A stretch of 64,000 bases of DNA from an uncultured Pelagibacteraceae bacterium (GTDB taxonomy: Bacteria; Pseudomonadota; Alphaproteobacteria; Pelagibacterales; AG-422-B15), in contig CACCAS010000001.1 in the NCBI GenBank assembly GCA_902544065.1, positions 66,458 through 130,457 of the forward strand, given 5' to 3'. Under the pieces are notes generated by a model. It worked only from the letters and a program-made list of their open reading frames with translations. It ran no database searches and had not been told where the DNA came from. The position numbers were made by a program, and so were the translations under genes. Each line of letters begins with the position of its first letter. Position 1 is the first letter of the stretch. Shown here piece after piece: positions 8,426 through 18,952 of the stretch.

Positions 8426-9127
8426 ATGAAATTCAAAAATAAATTAAGGATAGGATTACCAAGTAAAGGCAGATTAAGAAAAGACATGGAGAAACTATTT
8501 CTACATAAAAATATTACTTTTGAAAATCTTGTAAATGATAGAGATTATATTGGTACAATAAAGGGACTAAGAGATACAGTTCTCTATTTTTTAAGTGCTA
8601 AAGAAATTACCAATAGACTTGATGAGGGATCAATCCATGCAGGCTTAACTGGTGATGACCTAATACAAGAAAAAATTTTCAATTTTAATTCAAAAATAAC
8701 AAAGGATCTGGAGTTAAGTTTTGGAAAAGCGGATCTGGTTGTTGCTGTACCGGATATCTGGATTGATGTAATGACGATGGCTGATTTGGAAGAAGTGAGC
8801 AATAATCACAGAGATAAATATTCAAAAAGGTTGCGTGTAGCAACTAAATATAAGAATTTAACAAATAATTTCTTTTCTAAATGTGGAGTTGTTGATTACA
8901 GAACTGTTGAAAGTGATGGCTCTACTGAAAGTGCGCCTTTCAATGGTTTTTCAGAAATCATCACTGATATAACATCAACAGGTGAAACACTTAGGGCTAA
9001 CAATTTAAGAGTTCTTGATGATGGCATAATCCTGAAATCATCAGCAAATATCTTTTCTTCAAAAGTTGCAGAGTGGGATAACGAAATAGAAAGTAATTAT
9101 AAAAACTTTATTAATAAGTTTGAATAA
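8426..9127 (+). CDS. hisG: ATP phosphoribosyltransferase, short (HisZ-dependent) form
   Basis: 233 aa. 'LRIGLPSKGRL' N-terminus and 'DITSTGETLRANNL'. Lacks the long-form C-terminal regulatory domain. Confidence 0.9.
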   Translation: MKFKNKLRIGLPSKGRLRKDMEKLFLHKNITFENLVNDRDYIGTIKGLRDTVLYFLSAKEITNRLDEGSIHAGLTGDDLIQEKIFNFNSKITKDLELSFGKADLVVAVPDIWIDVMTMADLEEVSNNHRDKYSKRLRVATKYKNLTNNFFSKCGVVDYRTVESDGSTESAPFNGFSEIITDITSTGETLRANNLRVLDDGIILKSSANIFSSKVAEWDNEIESNYKNFINKFE

Positions 9128-9155
9128 AAAAACCCGGCTAGGCCGGGTTTTTTTT
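9125..9155. terminator. bidirectional Rho-independent terminator between convergent hisG and groEL
   Basis: A-tract (9125-9132), stem CCCGGC (9133-9138), loop TAG, stem GCCGGG (9142-9147), T-tract (9148-9155). Confidence 0.8.
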
Positions 9156-9176
9156 ATAGTTTATCGTGAACGATTA

Positions 9177-10829
<1,653 letters not shown>

Positions 10830-10850
10830 TTATTCTCCTTGATTTAAGAT

Positions 10851-11171
10851 TTATTTTTTCTTTTTTGATTTTGATTTTGATTTTTTCTCAATGACACCCA
10901 TGATGTCAGACTCTTTCATGATACATAGCTCTTCCCCATCAACTTTGACTTCAGTGCCTGACCATTTTCCAAATAGGACAATATCTCCTGCTTTTAAATC
11001 TAATGGTGTAACTTTTCCATCTTCAGATTTTGTTCCTGACCCAACAGCAACAATTTGTCCTTCTTGTGGTTTTTCTTGAGCTGTATCAGGAATGATAATT
11101 CCTCCAGCAGTTTTTTCTTCAGTGTCTAATCTCCTTACGAGAACACGATCATGTAAAGGTCGAAAATCCAT
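10851..11171 (-). CDS. groS: co-chaperonin GroES (Cpn10) with a Lys/Ser-rich C-terminal extension
   Basis: 106 aa. '[12 protein letters not shown]' N-terminus with a full Cpn10 core. The tail is '[12 protein letters not shown]'. Confidence 0.95.
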   Translation of the reverse strand: MDFRPLHDRVLVRRLDTEEKTAGGIIIPDTAQEKPQEGQIVAVGSGTKSEDGKVTPLDLKAGDIVLFGKWSGTEVKVDGEELCIMKESDIMGVIEKKSKSKSKKKK

Positions 11172-11217
11172 TTTTAATCTCCTAAATATTTAATATCTTT
11201 CGCTTAATTACCTAGGC

Positions 11218-11246
11218 ATATAGTGATCCAGTGCGTATGTGTCAAG
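11218..11246 (-). promoter_or_regulatory. candidate sigma-32 (RpoH)-type heat-shock promoter of groES-groEL
   Basis: The minus strand reads CTTGAC-N15-CACTATAT, compared with the remembered consensus CTTGAA-N13-17-CCCCATAT. It lies about 47 nt upstream of the groES ATG. No CIRCE inverted repeat was seen. Confidence 0.35.
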
Positions 11247-11309
11247 AGGGGCTTCAAAAACGAATAATTATAAAAGATGACAAAAAATGCTTATTTTACA
11301 ACACTTTGA

Positions 11310-12080
11310 CTACTGTTCAGACTCTCCACCGTCTATAACTATATTTTGTCCAGTCATAAACGAGCCTGCTTCAGACGCAAGGTAGACGGCGGCTCCGGCA
11401 ATTTCATCAGGCATGCCAATTCTTTTGAGCGCCGATTTTGCTGTTGTTGCTCTCAAAATGTCTTCGTTCTCCCAAAGTGCACGTGCAAAATCAGTCTTAA
11501 TTAGTCCGGGAGATATACAATTTGCTCTTATATTATTTCTGCCATACTCCACAGAAATATTTCTTGCTAACTGAGAGTCAGCGGCCTTACTAATAGCATA
11601 AGCGCCTAACATGCTGCTTCCATGCAGACCTGCTATTGATGAAATTATAATAATAGAACCATTTCTTATTTTTACCAAATCGGGCAATATTTCATTACAG
11701 AGCCAAAAATTACTTTGTACATTTGATTTCATTATTTTTTCAAATGCCTCATCTGGTATGTTATTGGACGGTCCAAAATATGGATTTACAGCCGCGTTGC
11801 ATACTAAAGTTGTTATACTTCCACAAAACTCCTTTGATTTAGCATACAAGTTTTTTAATTGTTCTTTGTCAGAAATATTGCATGATATTGCTGCTGCCGT
11901 ATCCTTACCAAACGTACTATTAATTTCTTCTGCTACGTTCTCGCATGCATCAATTTTACGACTTGTAATTATCACTTTTGCGCCATGCTCAGCCATTCGA
12001 TATGCTATAGCCCTACCTATGCCACGTGAGGATCCAGTGATTATTGCATTTTTATCTTTTAGATTAAAAAGTGATGTCAT
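11310..12080 (-). CDS. short-chain dehydrogenase/reductase (FabG-like)
   Basis: 256 aa. Cofactor motif 'TGSSRGIGRAIA', 'NAAV', and catalytic 'YAISKAA' (YxxxK). Confidence 0.88.
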   Translation of the reverse strand: MTSLFNLKDKNAIITGSSRGIGRAIAYRMAEHGAKVIITSRKIDACENVAEEINSTFGKDTAAAISCNISDKEQLKNLYAKSKEFCGSITTLVCNAAVNPYFGPSNNIPDEAFEKIMKSNVQSNFWLCNEILPDLVKIRNGSIIIISSIAGLHGSSMLGAYAISKAADSQLARNISVEYGRNNIRANCISPGLIKTDFARALWENEDILRATTAKSALKRIGMPDEIAGAAVYLASEAGSFMTGQNIVIDGGESEQ

Positions 12081-12140
12081 TTAATTAATAACTGATTTAA
12101 AAAAAGATTATAAGTTAATAAAATAATTTCAATATAAAAT

Positions 12141-13007
12141 ATGAATATTAATAAAATTGAGAGTGTTGAGAGTTATTCACTATCCTATAAAGCAATTTTA
12201 TGCGATCTCTGGGGAGTAATCCATAATGGTGTTGAAATTTATACTAGCGCTCTTGCTTATCTTGAGCGCATGAAGAAGCATGGAATTGAAGTCTATTTAA
12301 TTTCAAATGCTCCGCGTCCTAACTATGTTGTCCAGCAGGGTTTGACAAATAAACTTGGACTTAATCCTGATCTTTATAAACATATTTATACCTCTGGAGA
12401 TATAGGAACAAAGTTTATTAACAAAAAAATACATGGTGAAAGTTATTTTCATCTAGGTCCAGCTAAGGACTATGATCTATTAGAAAATATAAATATTAGT
12501 AAAGTAGATAATTTTAATGAAGCAGATTTCATTTTAACAACAGGACTTTACGATGACAGTTTTGAAACTCCTAAAGATTATAATGATTTATTTACTGACT
12601 TTATTGAGAGCGAAAAACCTGTCGTATGCGTAAATCCTGATGAAATTGTTTATCGAGGAGTAAACTCTATTTTTTGTGCTGGAGCTTTAGGCAAATATTA
12701 TGAAAAACTTGGTGGCAAAGTAGTATACTATGGAAAACCATACGTTGAAATTTATGACCAAGCTTTTCAAGATTTGAGAAATATGAATAATATTGAAAAT
12801 AAGTCAGATATCCTTGCAATCGGCGACAGCATCAGAACCGACTGTCTTGGTGCACAAAGCTTTAATTTAGATTTTGTATTTATTATGAATGGTATACATA
12901 AAGATCAAATATCAGGTAAAAAAAACAATGAAGATATTAGCAATCTTGTGAAAAATATTCTTTCAAGAGATACAAAAGAAATTATAGTTTCTGATTTTCT
13001 AAAGTGA
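12141..13007 (+). CDS. HAD-superfamily hydrolase, subfamily IIA-like
   Basis: 288 aa. N-terminal 'LCDLWGVIHNG' (DxxG nucleophile motif) and C-terminal 'GDSIRTD'. Confidence 0.8.
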   Translation: MNINKIESVESYSLSYKAILCDLWGVIHNGVEIYTSALAYLERMKKHGIEVYLISNAPRPNYVVQQGLTNKLGLNPDLYKHIYTSGDIGTKFINKKIHGESYFHLGPAKDYDLLENINISKVDNFNEADFILTTGLYDDSFETPKDYNDLFTDFIESEKPVVCVNPDEIVYRGVNSIFCAGALGKYYEKLGGKVVYYGKPYVEIYDQAFQDLRNMNNIENKSDILAIGDSIRTDCLGAQSFNLDFVFIMNGIHKDQISGKKNNEDISNLVKNILSRDTKEIIVSDFLK

Positions 13008-13013
13008 ATTAAA

Positions 13014-13973
13014 GTGAAAATATTTAAAGATCTTAAAAAGACGTATAATTTTACGAAAGACTCTATCCTAATAATAGGTAACCTTGATGGTGTTCATAAA
13101 GGTCACCAATCAATAATATCGTTAGCCAAGAAACTTAATAAAAAAAAAGATGCAAAAGTTGGAGTATTGCTTTTTGATCCTCATCCCAGGAGGTATTTTG
13201 AAAAGCATAATAAAGGTTTTTTATTAACACAAGTTGATACGCGTCTAGAAATTTTAAAATCCCATAAAATTGATTATGCGATTGTCTTAAAGTTCAATAA
13301 GAGTATTGCAACAATGACGCCTAAATTATTTTGTAAAAAAATTCTTTTTTCAGGCATAGCTATGAAGAATATTTTTGTTGGTAAAAATTTTAGGTTTGGC
13401 AATAAAAGATCTGGCGACTATCGGTTTCTATCAAATTTTGGAAAAGAACATTCATTTAATGTGACACCCATAAATTTAGTGAAAACCAATAAAATCCTTC
13501 ACAAAAAAACAAAAATGAAAATTTACTCTTCATCAAACATAAGAGCTTTAATTCAAAAAGGGGAGGTGAAACTTGCCAACAAATTTCTTGGGTCGCCGTT
13601 TACAATTGTCTCTAGAGTAATGAAAGGTGATCAAAGGGGGCGAACAATAGGAGTTCCAACAGCAAACCTTAAAATTGATGAATATATTCAGCCTAACCAT
13701 GGCGTTTATGCTATTCGTGCAAGAGTAATGAATAAGAGTGTAAAAGGAAAGAATTATAAGGGAATTGCCAATTTTGGAGTCAGACCGACTTTTGATAAGA
13801 ATAAGCCCTTATTAGAGGTTCACTTGTTTAATTTTAATTTGAATATTTATAATTCTTCATTAAAAGTAGAATTTATTGACTTCATTAGGAAAGAAAAAAA
13901 GTTTTCTGGAATAGATTCATTAAAAAATCAATTGAAAATAGATATATCCAAAGCTAAGAAAATCTTAAATTAA
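13014..13973 (+). CDS. ribF: bifunctional riboflavin kinase / FMN adenylyltransferase
   Basis: 319 aa, GTG start. 'GNLDGVHKGHQ' (FAD synthetase) and 'GRTIGVPTANL' (riboflavin kinase). Confidence 0.92.
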   Translation: MKIFKDLKKTYNFTKDSILIIGNLDGVHKGHQSIISLAKKLNKKKDAKVGVLLFDPHPRRYFEKHNKGFLLTQVDTRLEILKSHKIDYAIVLKFNKSIATMTPKLFCKKILFSGIAMKNIFVGKNFRFGNKRSGDYRFLSNFGKEHSFNVTPINLVKTNKILHKKTKMKIYSSSNIRALIQKGEVKLANKFLGSPFTIVSRVMKGDQRGRTIGVPTANLKIDEYIQPNHGVYAIRARVMNKSVKGKNYKGIANFGVRPTFDKNKPLLEVHLFNFNLNIYNSSLKVEFIDFIRKEKKFSGIDSLKNQLKIDISKAKKILN

Positions 13974-13977
13974 TAAA

Positions 13978-16788
13978 ATGACCGCTAAAGATGATAAAAT
14001 AGATTTTAGTGAAACTTTGTTTTTGCCTAAAACTTCTTTTGCTATGCGTGCGGGGCTGCCTGAACAAGAGCCAAGCATATTAGAGGATTGGGATAAAAAT
14101 AATCTTTACTATAAATTAAGAAACAAATCGAAAGACCGAAAGAAATTTGTACTTCATGATGGCCCACCATACGCAAATGGCCATCTTCATATGGGGCATG
14201 CTTTAAATAAAGTTTTAAAAGATTTTGTTGTTCGGTCACAGCAAATGCTTGGCCACAATAGCTCATATATTCCTGGCTGGGACTGTCATGGCCTCCCGAT
14301 AGAGTGGAAGATTGAAGAACAATATCGAGAGAAAGGAAAAGATAAAGACGAAGTAGATATCATTCAGTTTAGAAAAGAATGTAGGGAATTTGCTAAAAAG
14401 TGGATTGATATCCAGAGATCGGAATTTATTAGGCTAGGAGTAACTGGAGATTGGTTCAATCCCTATACTACAATGTCTTACGAAGCTGAGTCTACAATTG
14501 TGAAGGAGTTTTTCAAATTTTTGGAAAATGAGAGTTTATATCGTGGCTCTAAACCAGTTATGTGGTCAACAGTTGAAAAGACTGCATTAGCTGAGGCTGA
14601 GATAGAATATAAAGAACATAAATCGATAACAATTTTTGTAAAATTTCCTGTTATTTCTTCACTGGAAAATAATGAAGTAAATACGTCGGTTATTATTTGG
14701 ACTACGACTCCATGGACTATACCAGCAAATCGAGCCATAGCTTTCAGTAAAGATATAAGTTATTCAATTTATTCTGTTAATGGATTAGAAGAAAACAGTC
14801 TACTAAATGAAGGAGATCAAATTATTATCGCTGATGAATTGGTTGACAATGTAAGAACTCAGTGCAAAGTAAAAGAGCTTGCAAAAATTAGAGCAATTAA
14901 AGACTTAGATCAAATAATTTGTGGGCATCCTTTTAGAGTTTCAGGGTATGATTTTGAAGTTAAATTATTTGATGCTGATTTTGTAACTTTAGAACAAGGA
15001 AGTGGATTTGTTCATATAGCCCCAGGTCATGGAGCAGACGATTATAATTTGGGCATTACAAATAACGTGGAAGTTCCGGAAACAGTGGATGAGAATGGTC
15101 AATATTTTGACCATGTTCCCCTTTTTAAAGGCAAAAAAGTATTTAATGATGACGGCTCTGATGCAGATGCAAATGTAGCAGTAATCGTTGAGCTTAAAAA
15201 TCATAATAACCTTGCAGGCAAAGGATCACTCAGGCACAGCTATCCTCATTCATGGAGATCTAAAGCTCCTGTCATATTCAGAAATACTCCTCAGTGGTTT
15301 ATTAGTATGGAAAAGAATGGATTAAGGTCAACGGCACTTAATGAAATAGATAAAGTCAATTGGTTCCCTAAACAAGGTAAGAATAGAATATATTCGATGA
15401 TTGAAGATAGACCTGATTGGGTTGTTTCAAGGCAAAGAGCTTGGGGTGTTCCTCTATCTATATTTTACCATATAGAAACAGGACAACCTTTAATGGATAA
15501 AGAAATTAATCAAAAAATAATCGATTTGTATAGAGAAGAAGGATCAGACGCTTGGTTTAAATACTCTAAAGAAGAATTGTTGGGAAATAAGTACGATCCA
15601 AATGATTATAAAAAAGTTGATGATATTCTTGATGTTTGGTTTGATTCTGGCTGTACCCATTCCTTTGTTTTAGATGAAAAGGAAGATCAAATGTGGCCCG
15701 CATCTCTTTATTTAGAAGGCACTGATCAACATAGAGGATGGTTTCACTCCTCACTTTTGGAGTCATGTGGCACTAGAGGGATTGCCCCTTATGAGTCGGT
15801 CTTGACGCATGGTTTTGTTCTTCACGAAGATGGACTAAAAATGAGTAAGTCTTCAGCTAATATAGTTTCACCTGATGAAATTATTAATAAATCTGGAGCA
15901 GATATTTTGAGGCTATGGGTTGCAAGCAGCGATTATTCAGAGGATTTAAAGATAGGGCCTGAAATCATGAAGAGCAATGTTGATAGCTACAGAAGGCTAA
16001 GGAATACATTACGTTTCATTCTTGGAAACTTATCTGAATTTAATGATAATGAAAAAATTTCATATGCAGAACTCAGTGAGCTTGATCAATATATATTATC
16101 TCAGTTAGAGGAGCTAAAAAAAGAAGTAATAGAAAATTATAAAATATTTGAATATCAAAAAGTTTTTTCTGCAATATTTAATTTTTGTACTAATGATTTA
16201 TCCTCATTTTATTTTGATATTAAAAAGGATATTCTTTACTGCGAATCTAAGAATAGTCATATTAGAATGTCTACTCGAACAGTATTAGATAAGCTATTCT
16301 ATAATTTACTTACCTTACTCGCACCTATTTTATGTTTTACATCTGAAGAGGCTTGGCAAAGCAGACTTGGAAAAGAATCAAGTGTCCATGAAGTTGATTT
16401 TCCAGTTTTAGAAAGTAATGTTATTAATAAAGAGCTCACAAAAAAATGGGATTTATATAAGCAGTTGCGTAAAGTAATAAATGGTGCAATTGAGGTAAAG
16501 AGAAAAGAAAAAGTCATTGGCTCAAGTCTTGAAGCATCTGTAACACTCTTTTCAACAAAAAATATTAATGAAATTGATAGTGATACTCTTGAAAATATTT
16601 CAATAATAAGTGAATTAACAATATTAAACGAAAAGCCACCAGAAGGCTCATATATTTCTGAGTCAGATAAAGATGTAGGTATTGTAGTTAAGAAAGTTGA
16701 TGGCAATAAATGTGAGAGATGTTGGAAATATTATCCTAATCTAGAAAAAGATATTTGTTCACGTTGCGAGCAAGTTATAAATCAATAA
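13978..16788 (+). CDS. ileS: isoleucyl-tRNA synthetase
   Basis: 936 aa. HIGH-type 'HMGHALNK', 'KMSKS', and a C-terminal zinc motif 'CERCW...CSRC'. Confidence 0.97.
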   Translation: MTAKDDKIDFSETLFLPKTSFAMRAGLPEQEPSILEDWDKNNLYYKLRNKSKDRKKFVLHDGPPYANGHLHMGHALNKVLKDFVVRSQQMLGHNSSYIPGWDCHGLPIEWKIEEQYREKGKDKDEVDIIQFRKECREFAKKWIDIQRSEFIRLGVTGDWFNPYTTMSYEAESTIVKEFFKFLENESLYRGSKPVMWSTVEKTALAEAEIEYKEHKSITIFVKFPVISSLENNEVNTSVIIWTTTPWTIPANRAIAFSKDISYSIYSVNGLEENSLLNEGDQIIIADELVDNVRTQCKVKELAKIRAIKDLDQIICGHPFRVSGYDFEVKLFDADFVTLEQGSGFVHIAPGHGADDYNLGITNNVEVPETVDENGQYFDHVPLFKGKKVFNDDGSDADANVAVIVELKNHNNLAGKGSLRHSYPHSWRSKAPVIFRNTPQWFISMEKNGLRSTALNEIDKVNWFPKQGKNRIYSMIEDRPDWVVSRQRAWGVPLSIFYHIETGQPLMDKEINQKIIDLYREEGSDAWFKYSKEELLGNKYDPNDYKKVDDILDVWFDSGCTHSFVLDEKEDQMWPASLYLEGTDQHRGWFHSSLLESCGTRGIAPYESVLTHGFVLHEDGLKMSKSSANIVSPDEIINKSGADILRLWVASSDYSEDLKIGPEIMKSNVDSYRRLRNTLRFILGNLSEFNDNEKISYAELSELDQYILSQLEELKKEVIENYKIFEYQKVFSAIFNFCTNDLSSFYFDIKKDILYCESKNSHIRMSTRTVLDKLFYNLLTLLAPILCFTSEEAWQSRLGKESSVHEVDFPVLESNVINKELTKKWDLYKQLRKVINGAIEVKRKEKVIGSSLEASVTLFSTKNINEIDSDTLENISIISELTILNEKPPEGSYISESDKDVGIVVKKVDGNKCERCWKYYPNLEKDICSRCEQVINQ

Positions 16789-17291
16789 TGGTATATAGGC
16801 TTTCTAAATTTTTTTTACTAATATTATTTTTTTTCGCTTTAGATCAAATAAGTAAAAATATAATTATACAACTTTACAACATCGATGTTGAAAATTTAAG
16901 TTCTCAGTTTTTAACCTCAATTAATGAATACGTAAATTTATATTTAATTTGGAATAAAGGCTTCGCCTTTGGATTATTTCAAAATGACATAAGGACTGTA
17001 AATAATATTTATATGATTTTAATGGCTGTAATTATTGTTGTGGTGTTCATTTACGCCTTAACCATTAATAGCAAAGTTTATTATTATGGATTTAGTTTAA
17101 TAATCGGAGGTGCATTAGGCAATCTTTTTGATCGTTATCAGTATGCAGCAGTATTAGATTTTATTGACGTGCATTATAATAATTTCCATTGGTATGTATT
17201 TAATATTGCTGATATAAATATAACTCTTGGATGTATCCTAATAATAATTTTAGAATTGTTTTCAAATAAAAAGAAAAAAAATGAAATATAA
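16788..17291 (+). CDS. lspA: lipoprotein signal peptidase (signal peptidase II)
   Basis: 'GGALGNLFDR' and 'FNIAD' motifs with 4 TM segments. The ATG at 16788 shares one base with the ileS TAA (TAATG). The track's TTG at 16755 would lie inside ileS. Confidence 0.88.
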   Translation: MVYRLSKFFLLILFFFALDQISKNIIIQLYNIDVENLSSQFLTSINEYVNLYLIWNKGFAFGLFQNDIRTVNNIYMILMAVIIVVVFIYALTINSKVYYYGFSLIIGGALGNLFDRYQYAAVLDFIDVHYNNFHWYVFNIADINITLGCILIIILELFSNKKKKNEI

Positions 17292-17943
17292 AATAATCAG
17301 TCATTACTTTCTATTGATAGTTTTTTTTATATTTATTTCTTGTTCTAATAATACAGTAAGAGATTATACTTCACTTAAGCAAAAAGCATTAGAAATACCC
17401 CCTGACTTTGAGTTATCACCCCCAGTTGTAAATGACGACTCTGCAAGTGAAGAGCTACCAAATGAAGAAGTGGTAGAAGAAATTGAAGAAATACTAACAA
17501 GTAATAATAGTGCAATAACTAGCAAAAAGACTGAGAGTTCATCTTTAGAAGATTTCATTGACAGTAATTTTGTTAATGATGAAAAAGAAGAAGTACCAAA
17601 TGAAGTAAACACAAATGACGATACTGAATCCCTAGATGTTTTGGTAAATGACGACTTAGCTGATCAGGCTACTGATGTCGAAAATACAAATGATACAGAA
17701 GAGATGGCTCAAGATGATCAAACCCAAAATAATGACACTCAAGAAACCAATTTTACTGAAGAAAAGTTGCTAGATGAGTTATCAAATATAGATGATATAA
17801 CATCGCTTTCAGAAGAAGAGCAGTTGAAGCCTGAAATTATTGAAGAAGAAGTTTATGACGATCCTACAGTTTACAATGATGACCAAGATTTAAATGATCT
17901 ATTGAACAGAGTGGATGATTTACTCAACTCATATTCAAATTAA
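17281..17943 (+). CDS. acidic lipoprotein (possibly DUF3035-like)
   Basis: 220 aa. Signal peptide plus lipobox 'FISC'. 'LEIPPDFELSPP' recalls the alphaproteobacterial lipoprotein family found after lspA. The remainder is extremely D/E/N-rich. Confidence 0.7.
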   Translation: MKYKIISHYFLLIVFFIFISCSNNTVRDYTSLKQKALEIPPDFELSPPVVNDDSASEELPNEEVVEEIEEILTSNNSAITSKKTESSSLEDFIDSNFVNDEKEEVPNEVNTNDDTESLDVLVNDDLADQATDVENTNDTEEMAQDDQTQNNDTQETNFTEEKLLDELSNIDDITSLSEEEQLKPEIIEEEVYDDPTVYNDDQDLNDLLNRVDDLLNSYSN

Positions 17944-17954
17944 ATATTCTATAA

Positions 17955-18950
17955 ATGTTTAAGTTTTTTAAAGATCCAAAATGGTTTTACTGGGCATATA
18001 TTGGTTCAGCAATTATTTTATCGTCATTATGGATTCAGGTACAAATTGACGTAAAAATTAATGAATGGTTTGGTGAATTTTATGACATGATACAAGAGGC
18101 GTTGTCAGCTCCTAACGTAATTACTATAGAGGAATATTGGGCAAGTCTTTTATCATTTATAACGTTAGCTGGCATGTATGTGGCTGTTGCAGTTCTTGTA
18201 AGTTATTTTACTAATCATTTTCTATTCAGGTGGAGAACCGCAATGGTAGAATGGTATCATTCCGTTTATGACAAAGCCCGCAAAATTGAAGGGGCCTCGC
18301 AGAGAGTTCAAGAAGACACAATTAAATTCTCAAGAATCATGGAGTCCCTTGGAACGAGTTTGATTGAAGCATTAATGATACTAGTTGAATTTATGCCAAT
18401 TTTATTTGGCCTCAGCATTGGAATTCCAATATTTTTCTTTGGCGAATGGGAATATGGTTTAGTTGTAGGGGCGTTGGTGTGGTCAATTGGTGGTACGTTA
18501 TTTTTAATTATTCTTGGTTTAATTTTAAGACTAGTTGGAATTGAATATGATCTTCAAAAACAGGAAGCTGCATATAGAAAAATGTTGGTAATTGCTGAGG
18601 ATGATGAGACTGTAAGGCCAAAAACTCTTGAGGAATTGTTTGATGATGTAAGGCAGATACATTTTTTAAGTTACATAAGATACCTTTACTTTGACATTGG
18701 CCGTGTTGCATTTTTGCAGGCAAACGTTTTATCAGCATATGTATTTTTAGCACCCGCAATCGTTGCAGGTGTTGTTACTCTTGGTGTTATGCAGCAGATA
18801 ATCAGGGCATTTGGCCGAGTAGAGGGATCAATGCAGTATCTTCTAAAAGCATGGCCTACAATAATTGAGCTCGCAAGTGTTTATAAGAGACTAAGAGAGT
18901 TTGAAAGACAAATTGATGAAGTTTTAATTGAAGAGGAAACTCCAGTATAA
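17955..18950 (+). CDS. SbmA/BacA-family inner-membrane peptide transporter
   Basis: 331 aa. Colinear with E. coli SbmA as remembered ('EWFGEFYDMIQEAL', 'FRWRTAMVEWY', 'IEGASQRVQEDTIKFS', 'EAAYRK', 'VYKRLREFE'). Confidence 0.85.
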   Translation: MFKFFKDPKWFYWAYIGSAIILSSLWIQVQIDVKINEWFGEFYDMIQEALSAPNVITIEEYWASLLSFITLAGMYVAVAVLVSYFTNHFLFRWRTAMVEWYHSVYDKARKIEGASQRVQEDTIKFSRIMESLGTSLIEALMILVEFMPILFGLSIGIPIFFFGEWEYGLVVGALVWSIGGTLFLIILGLILRLVGIEYDLQKQEAAYRKMLVIAEDDETVRPKTLEELFDDVRQIHFLSYIRYLYFDIGRVAFLQANVLSAYVFLAPAIVAGVVTLGVMQQIIRAFGRVEGSMQYLLKAWPTIIELASVYKRLREFERQIDEVLIEEETPV

Positions 18951-18952
18951 AG

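Noticed and set aside
11172-11309. Search for a CIRCE (TTAGCACTC-N9-GAGTGCTAA) operator upstream of groES
   Set aside because: No such inverted repeat is present on either strand. Only a sigma-32-like -35/-10 pair could be read, and it is reported with low confidence.
11611-12084. 157-aa plus-strand ORF
   Set aside because: It is fully antisense to the SDR gene, which has clear TGxxxGxG and YxxxK motifs. The antisense translation has no recognisable features.
16299-16706. 135-aa minus-strand ORF, plus several 66-86-aa ORFs within 14042-15766
   Set aside because: All lie antisense within ileS, which is continuous and motif-complete (HIGH, KMSKS, zinc fingers).
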